Positions 7,870-16,734 are shown, numbered from the stretch's first letter. The stretch is DNA of 24,801 nt from Candidatus Eiseniibacteriota bacterium (GCA_031366795.1 JANLOX010000064.1:1-24801), one strand, 5' to 3'. Notes: generated by a model from the letters alone, not told the origin. Numbers and translations are program-made.

Positions 7870-10281
7870 ATGTTCGACCGACGGCCACGTCGTGTGTGGC
7901 TCACCGCATCTGTCCCCGCGTTCCTGCTGTGCGTGGGATTCTGCCTCATCGGGGCACCGGGCGCCCGTGCCCAATCGTTGTTGCCCGATTTCCCCATCAC
8001 CAACGGGCCCGTGTACGCGCAGGTCGTTTCGGGCGGCACGTTGTACCTGGGCGGGGCGTTCAGCTGGATCGGACTCGCGAGCGGAGGCGGCGTGCCGCTG
8101 GATGCCACGGCGGGAACGCCGGCGCCGAACTATCCCAAGGTCACGGGCATCGTCCACGTCGCGACGGGTGATGGAGCCGGCGGCTGGTTTGTCGGTGGCG
8201 CCTTCAGCGCCGTCGGCGGTGTGCCGCGCACGAACCTCGCGCACATTCTCGTCGACCAATCGGTGTCGCCGTGGCGGCCCGAGGCCAACGACACCGTGTA
8301 CGCGATCGCCACCGACGGCGCAACGGTGTACGCGGGTGGCGTGTTCACGAACGCCGGAGGGCTGTCCCGCTCGCGCATCGTGGCGCTCGACGCCGCCAGC
8401 GGGCTCGCGACCTCGTGGAATGCGCAGGCCAGCGATGCGGTGCGCGCGCTCGTGTTGAATGGCGGGACACTCTACGCGGGCGGCACCTTCAATATCATCG
8501 GCGCGCAATTGCGCAATGGTATCGCGGCCTTGAGTACTTCGACGGGACGGGCGACGGGCTGGAACCCCAACGCCAACGACGTTGTGCGCGCACTGGGGTT
8601 AAGCGGTGGCGTGATCTACGCCGGCGGCGACTTCACCACGATCGGCGGGCAAACACGCATTCGGGCTGGGGCGATCGATTTCGTGACCGGTGCCGCGACC
8701 GCATGGAATCCCAATGCGGATGCCAGCGTCACCGCCGTGGTGCCGGCATCCGGCACGGTCTATCTGGGCGGCACATTCGTCACCGTGGGCGGGCAGTCGC
8801 GTACGCGACTCGCGGCCGTGGACGGCGCAAGCGGCGCGGTGCTCGCATGGAGCCCGCAGGCGGATGGGGCGGTGTATGCGCTCGCGGCCAGCGGTGGCGT
8901 CGTCTATGCCGGTGGCGCGTTCGCGCTGGCCGGTGGTGCGGCGCGCGCCGGTCTCGCGGCGCTCGATGGCACGAGCGGCCTGGCACTGTCGTGGAATCCC
9001 ACGGCGAGCGATGCCGTGCGCGCGCTCGCCGTGCAGGGAGGGCAGGTCTACGCCGGCGGTGACTTCACGATCCTCAACGGCCAGCGGCGCAACAACGCCG
9101 CGGCACTCGACGCGGCGACCGGGGCGCTCGCGGACTGGAACGCCAGTCCCAATGACGCGGTGCTGTCGCTCGCGGCGAACGCGACGACGGTCTATGCAGG
9201 CGGGCTGTTCAGCACGATTGGCGGCCAGACGCGCAATGCGATCGCGGCGCTCGATCCGCTCACCGGTGTTGCAACGAGCTGGAACCCCAACGCCGATGCC
9301 GAAGTGCTGACGATGTCGCTCGGCAGTACGGCGCTTTACGTCGGCGGCAGCTTTCTGACGATCGGGGGCCAGTCCCGTCACTACGCCGCGGCACTCAACC
9401 TGTCGACCGGCGCCGCCACCAGTTGGAACCCGAATGCCGACGACTTCGTGTATTCACTCGCATTGAACGGATTGCGCGTCTATGCCGGCGGAAGCTTCAC
9501 CACCATCGGTGGCCAATTGCGCTCGTACCTCGCAGCACTCGATCCCACGACGGGCAACGCCTTAGCCTGGAATCCGGCCCCGGACAATTGGGTGTTCGCC
9601 GTCGCCCCCAAGGGTAATCGCGTATATATCGGCGGCAGCTTCACCACAATGGGCGCCAGCGCGCGCAACAACGCGGCAGCCGTCGATTCGGTGACCGCCG
9701 TCGCCACCGCGTGGACGCCGGAGCCCGACGGTGGCGTCACGTGTCTCGCGGTAAGCGGCAGCAACGTGTATCTCGGTGGCAACTTCCAGTACGTGGGCGG
9801 CCGCCCACGCAAGTGCGTCGCGTCGGTCGACGGCGTCACCGGCGTGCCGACGCCATGGACGTGCGACGTCAATGCCCAGGTCGATGCCATCATCGCGGCG
9901 CCCACCGTGATCTACGTGGGCGGCGAATTCACCTCGGTGCGCAACCTGCCGCTCGGCGGGCTCGCGGTGAGTGCCGCCACTCTCTTGAGTGTGCCCGCAG
10001 GCCCCGCGAGCGCAGGGCTTGCGCGCCTGCAGCAGATCGCGCCGAATCCATTCCGCACGCAGACACGCATCCGCTTCGCACTCGGCACCCCACAGGCGGT
10101 GAGCCTGCACCTGTTCGACATCGCCGGCCGCGAAGTCGCGACGCTTGCCGATCACGCACTATTGCCCGCGGGCCCGCACGAGCTGCCGTTCGATGCCCGC
10201 GCGCTGCCCAGTGGCGTCTACCTCTGCCGCCTCGACGCCGGCGACGCGAGTGAGACGCGACGCATCGTGCTGGCGCGCTGA
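7870..10281 (+). CDS. Secreted beta-propeller repeat protein (14 repeats) with C-terminal T9SS-CTD/FlgD-Ig-like domain
   Basis: ATG 7870 after AGGGGG; signal peptide ending GARA|Q; 14 xYxGGxF-type motifs, consensus WNPNA+..V.ALA..G..vYAGG.F..IGGQ.R...AA+D..TG; tail APNPFRTQTRIRFAL...FDIAGREVATL...LPSGVYLCRL. Confidence 0.88.
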   Translation: MFDRRPRRVWLTASVPAFLLCVGFCLIGAPGARAQSLLPDFPITNGPVYAQVVSGGTLYLGGAFSWIGLASGGGVPLDATAGTPAPNYPKVTGIVHVATGDGAGGWFVGGAFSAVGGVPRTNLAHILVDQSVSPWRPEANDTVYAIATDGATVYAGGVFTNAGGLSRSRIVALDAASGLATSWNAQASDAVRALVLNGGTLYAGGTFNIIGAQLRNGIAALSTSTGRATGWNPNANDVVRALGLSGGVIYAGGDFTTIGGQTRIRAGAIDFVTGAATAWNPNADASVTAVVPASGTVYLGGTFVTVGGQSRTRLAAVDGASGAVLAWSPQADGAVYALAASGGVVYAGGAFALAGGAARAGLAALDGTSGLALSWNPTASDAVRALAVQGGQVYAGGDFTILNGQRRNNAAALDAATGALADWNASPNDAVLSLAANATTVYAGGLFSTIGGQTRNAIAALDPLTGVATSWNPNADAEVLTMSLGSTALYVGGSFLTIGGQSRHYAAALNLSTGAATSWNPNADDFVYSLALNGLRVYAGGSFTTIGGQLRSYLAALDPTTGNALAWNPAPDNWVFAVAPKGNRVYIGGSFTTMGASARNNAAAVDSVTAVATAWTPEPDGGVTCLAVSGSNVYLGGNFQYVGGRPRKCVASVDGVTGVPTPWTCDVNAQVDAIIAAPTVIYVGGEFTSVRNLPLGGLAVSAATLLSVPAGPASAGLARLQQIAPNPFRTQTRIRFALGTPQAVSLHLFDIAGREVATLADHALLPAGPHELPFDARALPSGVYLCRLDAGDASETRRIVLAR
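8272..9858 (+). repeat. Coding tandem repeat with exact 144-nt (48-aa) period
   Basis: Conserved Trp codons at 8272, 8416, 8560, 8704, 8848, 8992, 9136, 9280, 9424, 9568, 9712 and 9856. Confidence 0.9.
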
Positions 10282-10288
10282 ACCGCTG

Positions 10289-10325
10289 TTGCTCGCGGGG
10301 CGTCGTCAGGGTATGAATCCCTGAC
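10289..10325 (+). promoter_or_regulatory. Candidate promoter with overlapping 7-bp inverted repeat directly upstream of the ABC ATPase start
   Basis: TTGCTC (10289-10294)-N17-TATGAA (10312-10317); GTCAGGG (10305-10311) and CCCTGAC (10319-10325) flank the -10-like element. Confidence 0.35.
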
Positions 10326-10326
10326 C

Positions 10327-11259
10327 ATGCCCGCCATCGTCGTTGAAAACGTCGTCAAGACCTTCCGCTCCGGCCGCGTGCGCGCGCTTGATGGCGTATC
10401 GCTGACGCTCGCGCCCGGCGAGGCGGTGGGCATCATCGGGCCCAACGGCGCGGGCAAGACCACGCTGTTCGGTTGCCTGCTCGGATTCCTGCGGCCGGAC
10501 TCCGGGAACATCACCATCGATGGCCGTGCTCCGGACGACCTCGCCAATCGCGCGATCACGGGTTACCTGCCCGAACGGTTGGTGATGGACCGCTGGATGA
10601 CGGGACTCGATTTCCTCGCCTATCACCACGCGCTGGCAGGGCTGCCCGAGGCGAGCCGTCGCAGCGATTGCATCGGCGCGATGGAACGCGTCGGGCTCGA
10701 TCGCGAGGCCGGCCCCAAGGCCATCAAGTCCTACTCGCGCGGCATGTTGCAGCGCTTGGGCCTTGCCCAGGCGATGCTCGGCGAGCCACGTTTGTTGTTC
10801 CTCGACGAGCCGATCTCGGGCGTCGACCCCACCGGGGTATTGTTGTTCCGCCGACTGCTCGCCGAACAGCGCTCGCGGGGTGCCACGCTGCTGATCAATT
10901 CGCACCAGCTCGATGAAGTCGAGCGGCTGTGCGATCGCGTGGTGTATGTCGAGAAGGGCCGCGTCGCCGCGATGCAGACGCAGGCGGTAGGGGCCAGTGC
11001 TGCGCGTGCGATTCGCGTGCGCTTCGCCGTAGCGGCGCCACCGTCGCGCGCGGCGATCGAGGCCGCGGTGCGCGAGGCCGGCGCCGAGTTGTACGACGTG
11101 ACGGCGCCGGATGCGCGCTTCAGTGTCGCCGACGATGCCGGCGCCACGCGGTTGCTCGCGGCGCTGCTGTCGCACGGATTGCAGGTGATCGAGGTCGTTC
11201 CCGAGCAGGGCCGCCTCGAGCGCCTGTTCGCGGGCTCCAAGCGGGGTGAGTCGTCATGA
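10327..11259 (+). CDS. ABC-2 type exporter ATP-binding subunit
   Basis: GPNGAGKT, signature variant YSRGMLQR, LFLDEP, NSH switch; C-terminal accessory domain ending LERLF. Confidence 0.93.
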   Translation: MPAIVVENVVKTFRSGRVRALDGVSLTLAPGEAVGIIGPNGAGKTTLFGCLLGFLRPDSGNITIDGRAPDDLANRAITGYLPERLVMDRWMTGLDFLAYHHALAGLPEASRRSDCIGAMERVGLDREAGPKAIKSYSRGMLQRLGLAQAMLGEPRLLFLDEPISGVDPTGVLLFRRLLAEQRSRGATLLINSHQLDEVERLCDRVVYVEKGRVAAMQTQAVGASAARAIRVRFAVAAPPSRAAIEAAVREAGAELYDVTAPDARFSVADDAGATRLLAALLSHGLQVIEVVPEQGRLERLFAGSKRGESS

Positions 11260-11966
11260 TCCGCACCGTGGTGCTGGCGATGTTCCGGCAGCGGCTGACC
11301 AGCGGGATGCGTTTGTTGCTGACGGTGGCATGCTTCGGCTTCGGCATGATCGGGGTGCTGTTCTCCGGCTCGCTCGAGGCGCTGAACCGTTCACAGATGG
11401 GCGGCTTTGGCATGATCATGGCAGCAGGCCTGATCGGGCAGGAAGTCTCAAGCGGCGTGCTCACGTTGGCGTTCGCGCGGCCGATCCAACGCCTGCAGTG
11501 GGTCGTGGGCCGCTGGCTGGGCGCAAGCCTGCTCGCCACGGCGATCGTGCTGCTGCAGGTCCTCGTTGCCTTCGGGGTTGCCGCAGCGCGGCATGGAGTG
11601 CCCTCCGCCTCGGCGGTCACCATGGCCGCGCTCGAGGGCACGCTCGCGGTGTTCGGCTCGAGTGCCGTGTTGCTGCTGCTGTCGAGCGTACTACCGGGTC
11701 TCGGCGATCTCGGGATGTTGCTGATCGCAGGCGTTGCTTCCACGGCGATCCCCACGATCGCCTCGCACTACCAGATCGGCTGGCTGGTCCGCGCGGGCGA
11801 GGAGTTGCAGCGGTTCCTGACGGCCAGCGTCGATCTGGCACCCGTGTTCCATCACGCGGCGACGCCGTGGTTCGAGATCACCTCGTACTTCTCGACCCTC
11901 GCCATCTGCCTCGTCGTCGCTATCTGGGCGGTCAACCGCAAGGAGCTCTCGTATGCCTCTGGTTGA
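11256..11966 (+). CDS. ABC-2 type exporter permease
   Basis: ATGA overlap with the ATPase; about 6 hydrophobic segments; IGQEVSSGVL...ARPI.R motif; C-terminal NRKELSY. Confidence 0.88.
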   Translation: MIRTVVLAMFRQRLTSGMRLLLTVACFGFGMIGVLFSGSLEALNRSQMGGFGMIMAAGLIGQEVSSGVLTLAFARPIQRLQWVVGRWLGASLLATAIVLLQVLVAFGVAAARHGVPSASAVTMAALEGTLAVFGSSAVLLLLSSVLPGLGDLGMLLIAGVASTAIPTIASHYQIGWLVRAGEELQRFLTASVDLAPVFHHAATPWFEITSYFSTLAICLVVAIWAVNRKELSYASG

Positions 11967-12540
11967 GGCTCCCAGGCGCGCCGGCTCGAGCCGCCCGCTG
12001 CCGCGATGGCTGCTGATGCTTGCCGCGGCGCTGCTGGTTGCGCGCATCGGCACGGGCGTCTACGAACACCTGCATCCGGCGGATTCGCCCACGAGCGATG
12101 GCCAGACGCCGACGGGAACGAGCGCCGGCCTCGTCGCGTGGGTTCCCGCCTCGCAGGCAGAGGCCGAATCGCGGCGCACGGGCAAGCCGATCCTTTACGA
12201 ATTCGGCGCCGAGTGGTGTGGGCCGTGCCACATGCTGACGGACCAGGTGTTCGCCGACCCGGCGGCCGCGGCGCAGATCGCCCAGATGTACGTGCCCGTT
12301 CGGATCGTTGACCGGCAGAAAGAAGAAGGCCACAACCCACCCGAGACGGAGCGCCTGATGAGCGCCTATTCAGTCAATGAGTTCCCGACGTTGATCGCGA
12401 CGTGGCCGGGCGGATCGAACTACGAATCGAAGGGCGGCTACATGGGCCGCGCCGCGACCTTGCAGTGGCTGGGAGTCGCGTCGGTGCGTATGCGCGCGCA
12501 GGCCCCAGGCGCTGCGGTTGATTCCACAATTCACCCCTGA
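11953..12540 (+). CDS. Membrane-anchored thioredoxin-fold protein
   Basis: AAGGAG upstream of ATG; N-terminal hydrophobic anchor; KPILYEFGAEWCGPC; cis-Pro loop EFPT. Confidence 0.88.
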   Translation: MPLVEAPRRAGSSRPLPRWLLMLAAALLVARIGTGVYEHLHPADSPTSDGQTPTGTSAGLVAWVPASQAEAESRRTGKPILYEFGAEWCGPCHMLTDQVFADPAAAAQIAQMYVPVRIVDRQKEEGHNPPETERLMSAYSVNEFPTLIATWPGGSNYESKGGYMGRAATLQWLGVASVRMRAQAPGAAVDSTIHP

Positions 12541-12559
12541 GCCACGACGCGCCGGCCTC

Positions 12560-12760
12560 ATGAACAGCCAGCCCCAGATCACTCCACGCGATCCCGGGTT
12601 CGAGTCGCGCGTGCGCGCCAGCTTCGCGCGTCAGCGGTTCATGGAGACGTTGGATGTCACTTGCACACGTGTGGTGCCGGGTGAGGTCGGCGAAGTGCTT
12701 GTCGCCCTCATGCAGGCAACGATGATGTCGATCCGTGACCGCGAAGGGATGAGCGATTGA
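12560..12760 (+). pseudogene. PaaI-family (hotdog-fold) thioesterase with large in-frame internal deletion
   Basis: N-terminus PRDPGFESRVRASFARQRFM...RVVPGEV runs directly into the C-terminal strand LVALMQATMM; only 66 aa; the central Q-x-G-x-x-H-x-G / D-x-A-x-G core is absent. Confidence 0.75.
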
Positions 12761-13446
12761 GCGCGCCTGATCCTATCGTGAATGAGCGCCTGATCGCCGC
12801 GACCGTGCACGGGCGGACGCTGGTCCTGCCGCCACGCATAGCGCCACCCAGCCGCTGGTTCGTCGGCTTCCACGGCTATGCGCAGAACGCCGAGATCATG
12901 CTCGAGATGATGAGCCGCGTCCCGGGCGCCGACGAGTGGCTGCTGGCGTCGGTGCAGGCGCTGCACCCGTTCTACAACCGTGCCGACCAGGTGGTGGCGA
13001 ACTGGATGACGCGGCAGGATCGCGAGTACGCGATCGCCGACAATATTGGCTACGCTGATGCGGTGATGGCGGAGCTGACCCGCGAGTTTGGCGCACCGCG
13101 CGCACTGGTGTGCACTGGGTTCTCGCAGGGAGTAGCCATGGCCTATCGCGCGGGAGTGCGAGGGTCCCGGCGCGCCGACGCGATCTTCGCGGTCGCCGGT
13201 GATGTGCCGCCGGAGTTGCTTGGCTGCGAAGCGCCGCAGTGGCCGCGTGTGCGTATCGTGACGGGATCGGGCGATGATTGGTACACGCCGGCCGTCATGG
13301 TCAAGGACGTGAGCGCGCTCGAAGCCGCGGGTGCCACGGTGAAGTCGAGCGTGTTCGAAGGCGGACACGAGTGGACGAACGAAGTGAACGAAGCCGCGGC
13401 GGCGTTGCTCGCCGAAGTCGCGGGACAACCGGGGAGTGCACCATGA
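12757..13446 (+). CDS. Phospholipase/carboxylesterase-type alpha/beta hydrolase
   Basis: TTG start overlapping the upstream TGA; FHGY oxyanion motif, GFSQG nucleophile elbow, G..DDWY Asp, GGHEW His. Confidence 0.88.
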   Translation: MSAPDPIVNERLIAATVHGRTLVLPPRIAPPSRWFVGFHGYAQNAEIMLEMMSRVPGADEWLLASVQALHPFYNRADQVVANWMTRQDREYAIADNIGYADAVMAELTREFGAPRALVCTGFSQGVAMAYRAGVRGSRRADAIFAVAGDVPPELLGCEAPQWPRVRIVTGSGDDWYTPAVMVKDVSALEAAGATVKSSVFEGGHEWTNEVNEAAAALLAEVAGQPGSAP

Positions 13447-14057
13447 CGATTGCTGGCCCGCGACACTCGTGGTGGCGGCCGACGGCCGTTGCGGCGTTGC
13501 TCTTTTCGACGCTGGGGATCTGCGGCTGCACGGCCTTACAGGAAGTCGCCGCAGTGCGCTCGGTCGCATTTTCGTTCGACCGTGTCGGCGAGGTGCGGCT
13601 GGCCGGAGTTCCGCTCGGACCCGCGACGCGTTTCTCGACGCTCGGCATCGCCGATCTGGCGCGTCTCACCGCGGGCGTGGTGACCAGCAACGTTCCGCTC
13701 GAGCTCGTCGTTCACGCGCGCGCCGAGAATCCCGCCAGCAACCATGTCGCCGCACGGTTGGTGAGCGTGGTCTGGAGGTTGTTCATCGAGGATCGCGAGA
13801 CCGTGGCGGGAACATTCGGCGACGCGCTCAACATCATGCCGGGCAAAAGCGCCGACGTGCCCGTCGCCGTGCGCTTCAATCTGTACGATCTGGGGTCCGG
13901 CGGTGCGAAAGACCTGTTCGAGACCGCCACGGCGATCGCCGGCTACGGGACCATCGTCAAGAACCTGCGACTGGAACTCGTGCCGACGATCGATACCAGC
14001 CTGGGCCCGATCGCCTATCCCGTGCCGGTCGTGCTGCGCCGCACGGTGGGAAACTAG
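13443..14057 (+). CDS. Lipoprotein with LEA_2/WHy-like beta-sandwich domain
   Basis: ATGA overlap; hydrophobic signal with lipobox-like ICGC; V.AENP..N...ARL....W.LFIED...V.G pattern. Confidence 0.72.
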   Translation: MTIAGPRHSWWRPTAVAALLFSTLGICGCTALQEVAAVRSVAFSFDRVGEVRLAGVPLGPATRFSTLGIADLARLTAGVVTSNVPLELVVHARAENPASNHVAARLVSVVWRLFIEDRETVAGTFGDALNIMPGKSADVPVAVRFNLYDLGSGGAKDLFETATAIAGYGTIVKNLRLELVPTIDTSLGPIAYPVPVVLRRTVGN

Positions 14058-14114
14058 CCCGGACTCTTCCGTGCGACTGCGGGCTTCGAACGCGGGATCG
14101 TGCTTGCCAGCGCA

Positions 14115-14426
14115 CTAAACCTTCGTCGCGCGGCTCGAAGAATTGCTCGCCGACCAGATGCGGTGCGCGACCAACAGCGCGATCGCTCCGGCGACGGAGA
14201 CGAGGAACCCGCGAAACATTCCGAGATCCCGCCAGCCGATCAGGAACGCCACGAGCTTGCCGAACAATCCGCCGAGGAAGCCGAGCGTGATCGTCAGCGG
14301 CCAGCCGACCTTGTCCTTGCCCGGCAGAATGGCGCGCGCGAGGGCGCCCACGACCAAGGCGCCGATGAGATTGAGGATCAGCCAACCGCCCAGCAGGGCC
14401 CCGAGCAATGCCAACACGGCTTTCAT
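14115..14426 (-). CDS. GlsB/YeaQ/YmgE family (transglycosylase-associated) membrane protein
   Basis: AAGGAA upstream; IGALVVGALARAILPGKDKVGWPLTITLGFLGG...SVAGAIALL. Confidence 0.88.
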   Translation of the reverse strand: MKAVLALLGALLGGWLILNLIGALVVGALARAILPGKDKVGWPLTITLGFLGGLFGKLVAFLIGWRDLGMFRGFLVSVAGAIALLVAHRIWSASNSSSRATKV

Positions 14427-14479
14427 TGAATTGTTCCTTCCGCCTGCCGGCAGGGTGAACGGCGCGCCAGCGCTTCACT

Positions 14480-14509
14480 AGGCTAGGAGTCCCGCGTGGA
14501 CCAAGTCAA
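14480..14509 (-). promoter_or_regulatory. Putative sigma70-type promoter for the GlsB/YeaQ-family gene
   Basis: Minus strand TTGACT (14509-14504)-N18-TAGCCT (14485-14480). Confidence 0.45.
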
Positions 14510-14522
14510 TCGCGGGGTCCGG

Positions 14523-15071
14523 CTAGACAAACGCCAGTTGCCGCGGGTCACGCTCCGGCTTGAAGGACGCCCCCTCGTGCGCGAGCAGCCATTGCTTGCG
14601 ATGCAACCCTCCGCCATAGCCGTGCAGCGATCCGTCGGCGGCGATCACGCGGTGGCACGGGATGATCAAGGCAATCAGGTTGCTGCCATTCGCAGCACCC
14701 ACGGCACGGCTCGACTTGGGATGGCCGATCGCGGCGGCGAGTTCGCCATAGCCGCGCGTTTCCCCCGCGGGAATCTCGCGCAGCGCGCGCCACACACGCT
14801 GCTGGAACGTGGTCCCGTGCGGGCGAACCGGCTGGCCATCGAGCGCGTGACGGTCACCTGCGAAGTAGCGTTCGAGCCGCGTGACGGCACCGGCCGGATC
14901 GGCGGACTCGCGCTCCACGACTCCACCGAAAGAGCGGTCGAGTTGCCTGCGGACGACCGAAACGCGATCGGGGTGGTCCATGAACTCGAGACCGACGAGG
15001 TCGGCGCCGTCCGCGATGAGCAGTAGTTCCCCGATCGGTGAGGCGTAGCGTCGGGTATCGAGCGTCTTCAT
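14523..15071 (-). CDS. ogt: Methylated-DNA--protein-cysteine S-methyltransferase
   Basis: GTTFQQRVWRALREIPAGETRGY, RAVGAANG, active-site IPCHRV, GYGGG; GGAGGAGG SD; ATGA overlap with ada-alkA. Confidence 0.95.
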   Translation of the reverse strand: MKTLDTRRYASPIGELLLIADGADLVGLEFMDHPDRVSVVRRQLDRSFGGVVERESADPAGAVTRLERYFAGDRHALDGQPVRPHGTTFQQRVWRALREIPAGETRGYGELAAAIGHPKSSRAVGAANGSNLIALIIPCHRVIAADGSLHGYGGGLHRKQWLLAHEGASFKPERDPRQLAFV

Positions 15072-16603
15072 CGTGTCCTCCTCCGGGCCGGCTGCGCGCC
15101 GGCGGATGTGTGCTTGAGTTCTGGCTTCGATTTCGGCTTCGTCGCCTCATGCGTCCACAACGAAATGACCGCGTAGCCCCGCCAGGGCCGCCAGCGTTCG
15201 GCGTGCGCCACCGCGTCCTTCTCCGACGCCAGCACCCCATCTTGTGCGAGCGCCTTGCGGACGCCGAGGTCCCCGGCCGGGAAGGCGTCGGGCTCACCGA
15301 AGCCCCGCAGGGCGATGTATTGGGCTGTCCAGTCACCGATGCCCGGCAATGCGATCAGTGCCGCGACCGCGCTTTCGAGCGAGGTCTGCGCCGTCAGGTC
15401 GAGCGCGCCGTCGACGACCGCGCGCGCGAGCCCATGAATCGCGCGGATGCGCGCACCGGTGATGCCGAGGCCATCAAGATTCGCGTCAGCCAGCCGTTCC
15501 GGCGTGGGGAACAGGCGCGCGATGCGCTCATCCGCGAGCGCCGGCGGCAGCGCCTCGCCGCAGCGCGCCACGATTCTCGCGGCGAGCGTGCAGGCGCCCG
15601 CCACCGTGACCTGTTGCCCGAGCAACGCGCGCACCGCATGTTCAAACGGATCCCATGCACAGGGGACGCGAACGCCCGCAACGGGAATGCGCGAACGCAA
15701 CGCCGGGTCGCGCCGCAGGTGTGCGGCGATGGCGACGGTGTCGGCCTCAAGGTCGAACATGCGCGTGATGCGCGCCGCCACCGGCACCAATGCGCGCGCC
15801 GAGGCCGAAGTGATCGACAGCGTGACGCCCGTCGCATCCGGAAGCGCTTCGAGCCTTCCCACATCGTCACCCAAGCGGAACGCGCGATGGTAGACGCCGT
15901 CCGCAACGTGTTCGAGTCCTGCGACGCCTCGGCAACCAAGGAAGCGCAGCAGCGGCGCGGCATCGAACGGCACGCGCGCGGGAAGCCGTAGTTCGAGCGC
16001 TCGTGTGCGCGGCGCATTCGCGCGCTGTCCGCTGCGCAGCTCGCCGGGGGATGCGCGGAAGCTCGTCTTCAGCGCGGCGTGCAACCGGCGCGCGCTCGCG
16101 TAGCCGGCGGCCTGCGCGATGTCCTCGAGCGGTGCCGCGGTTGTTTCGAGCAGCCGCCGCGCAAGGTGCGCGCGGTGCGTGCGCGCAACCTCGAGCGGCG
16201 ATGCGCCAACGTGCTCCGCGAACAATTGCCGCAGCCGCCGTCCGCCGATGCCGAGCCGCGCCGCCAATACTTCGACACCACGCTCGCCATCGCGATCGCC
16301 ATGCGCTCCGAGCGCGCCGGCCTCGATCAGCCGCATGGCGCGTCCGACGAGCGCCGGGGCGCCAATCCACGCGGCCGAACCGGGGGAGGTCTCGGGACGG
16401 CAGCGACGGCATGGACGGAAGCCCGCGGACTCCGCGGCGGCGGCACTCGAGTAGAACTGCACATTGCGCCGCGCCGGCATCCTCGCCGGGCAGCCTGGGC
16501 GGCAGTAGATGCGGGTCGTCATCACGGCGGTGAAGAAGCGGCCGTCGAAGCGGCGGTCGCGGCTCGTGCAGGCCCGCCAGCAGATCTCAGGGTCGAGTGG
16601 CAT
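15068..16603 (-). CDS. alkA: Bifunctional Ada (Zn-binding domain + AraC HTH) / AlkA 3-methyladenine DNA glycosylase
   Basis: RDRRFDGRFF.AV.TTRIYCRPGCPA and GFRPCRRCRP (Ada metal-binding domain); AraC-type HTH; LGQQV, HhH LPGIGDWTA, DAFPAGDLG, WRPWRGYA. Confidence 0.93.
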   Translation of the reverse strand: MPLDPEICWRACTSRDRRFDGRFFTAVMTTRIYCRPGCPARMPARRNVQFYSSAAAAESAGFRPCRRCRPETSPGSAAWIGAPALVGRAMRLIEAGALGAHGDRDGERGVEVLAARLGIGGRRLRQLFAEHVGASPLEVARTHRAHLARRLLETTAAPLEDIAQAAGYASARRLHAALKTSFRASPGELRSGQRANAPRTRALELRLPARVPFDAAPLLRFLGCRGVAGLEHVADGVYHRAFRLGDDVGRLEALPDATGVTLSITSASARALVPVAARITRMFDLEADTVAIAAHLRRDPALRSRIPVAGVRVPCAWDPFEHAVRALLGQQVTVAGACTLAARIVARCGEALPPALADERIARLFPTPERLADANLDGLGITGARIRAIHGLARAVVDGALDLTAQTSLESAVAALIALPGIGDWTAQYIALRGFGEPDAFPAGDLGVRKALAQDGVLASEKDAVAHAERWRPWRGYAVISLWTHEATKPKSKPELKHTSAGAQPARRRTR

Positions 16604-16654
16604 GGGCGCACAATACCCTTCGTGACGCCGCCTGAGCCGGACGAATTCGGAAGT
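16604..16654 (-). promoter_or_regulatory. Candidate leaderless ada-alkA promoter with possible Ada-binding site
   Basis: TATTGT (16615-16610) lies 6 nt upstream of ATG 16603; no SD; poor -35; candidate activator site ACTTCCGAATTCGTCCGG at 16654-16637. Confidence 0.45.
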
Positions 16655-16734
16655 GGCTTTCCCGGTACCCGGGCGGTCGTCCCCGGGGAGAATTCCCTGC
16701 ATTTCCTGCGCCGGGGACCCATCACTCGGCCCGT

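Noticed and set aside
8272..9858. Regular 144-nt periodicity as a CRISPR-like or non-coding array
   Set aside because: Units diverge at synonymous positions and lie inside one open frame; this is a protein repeat.
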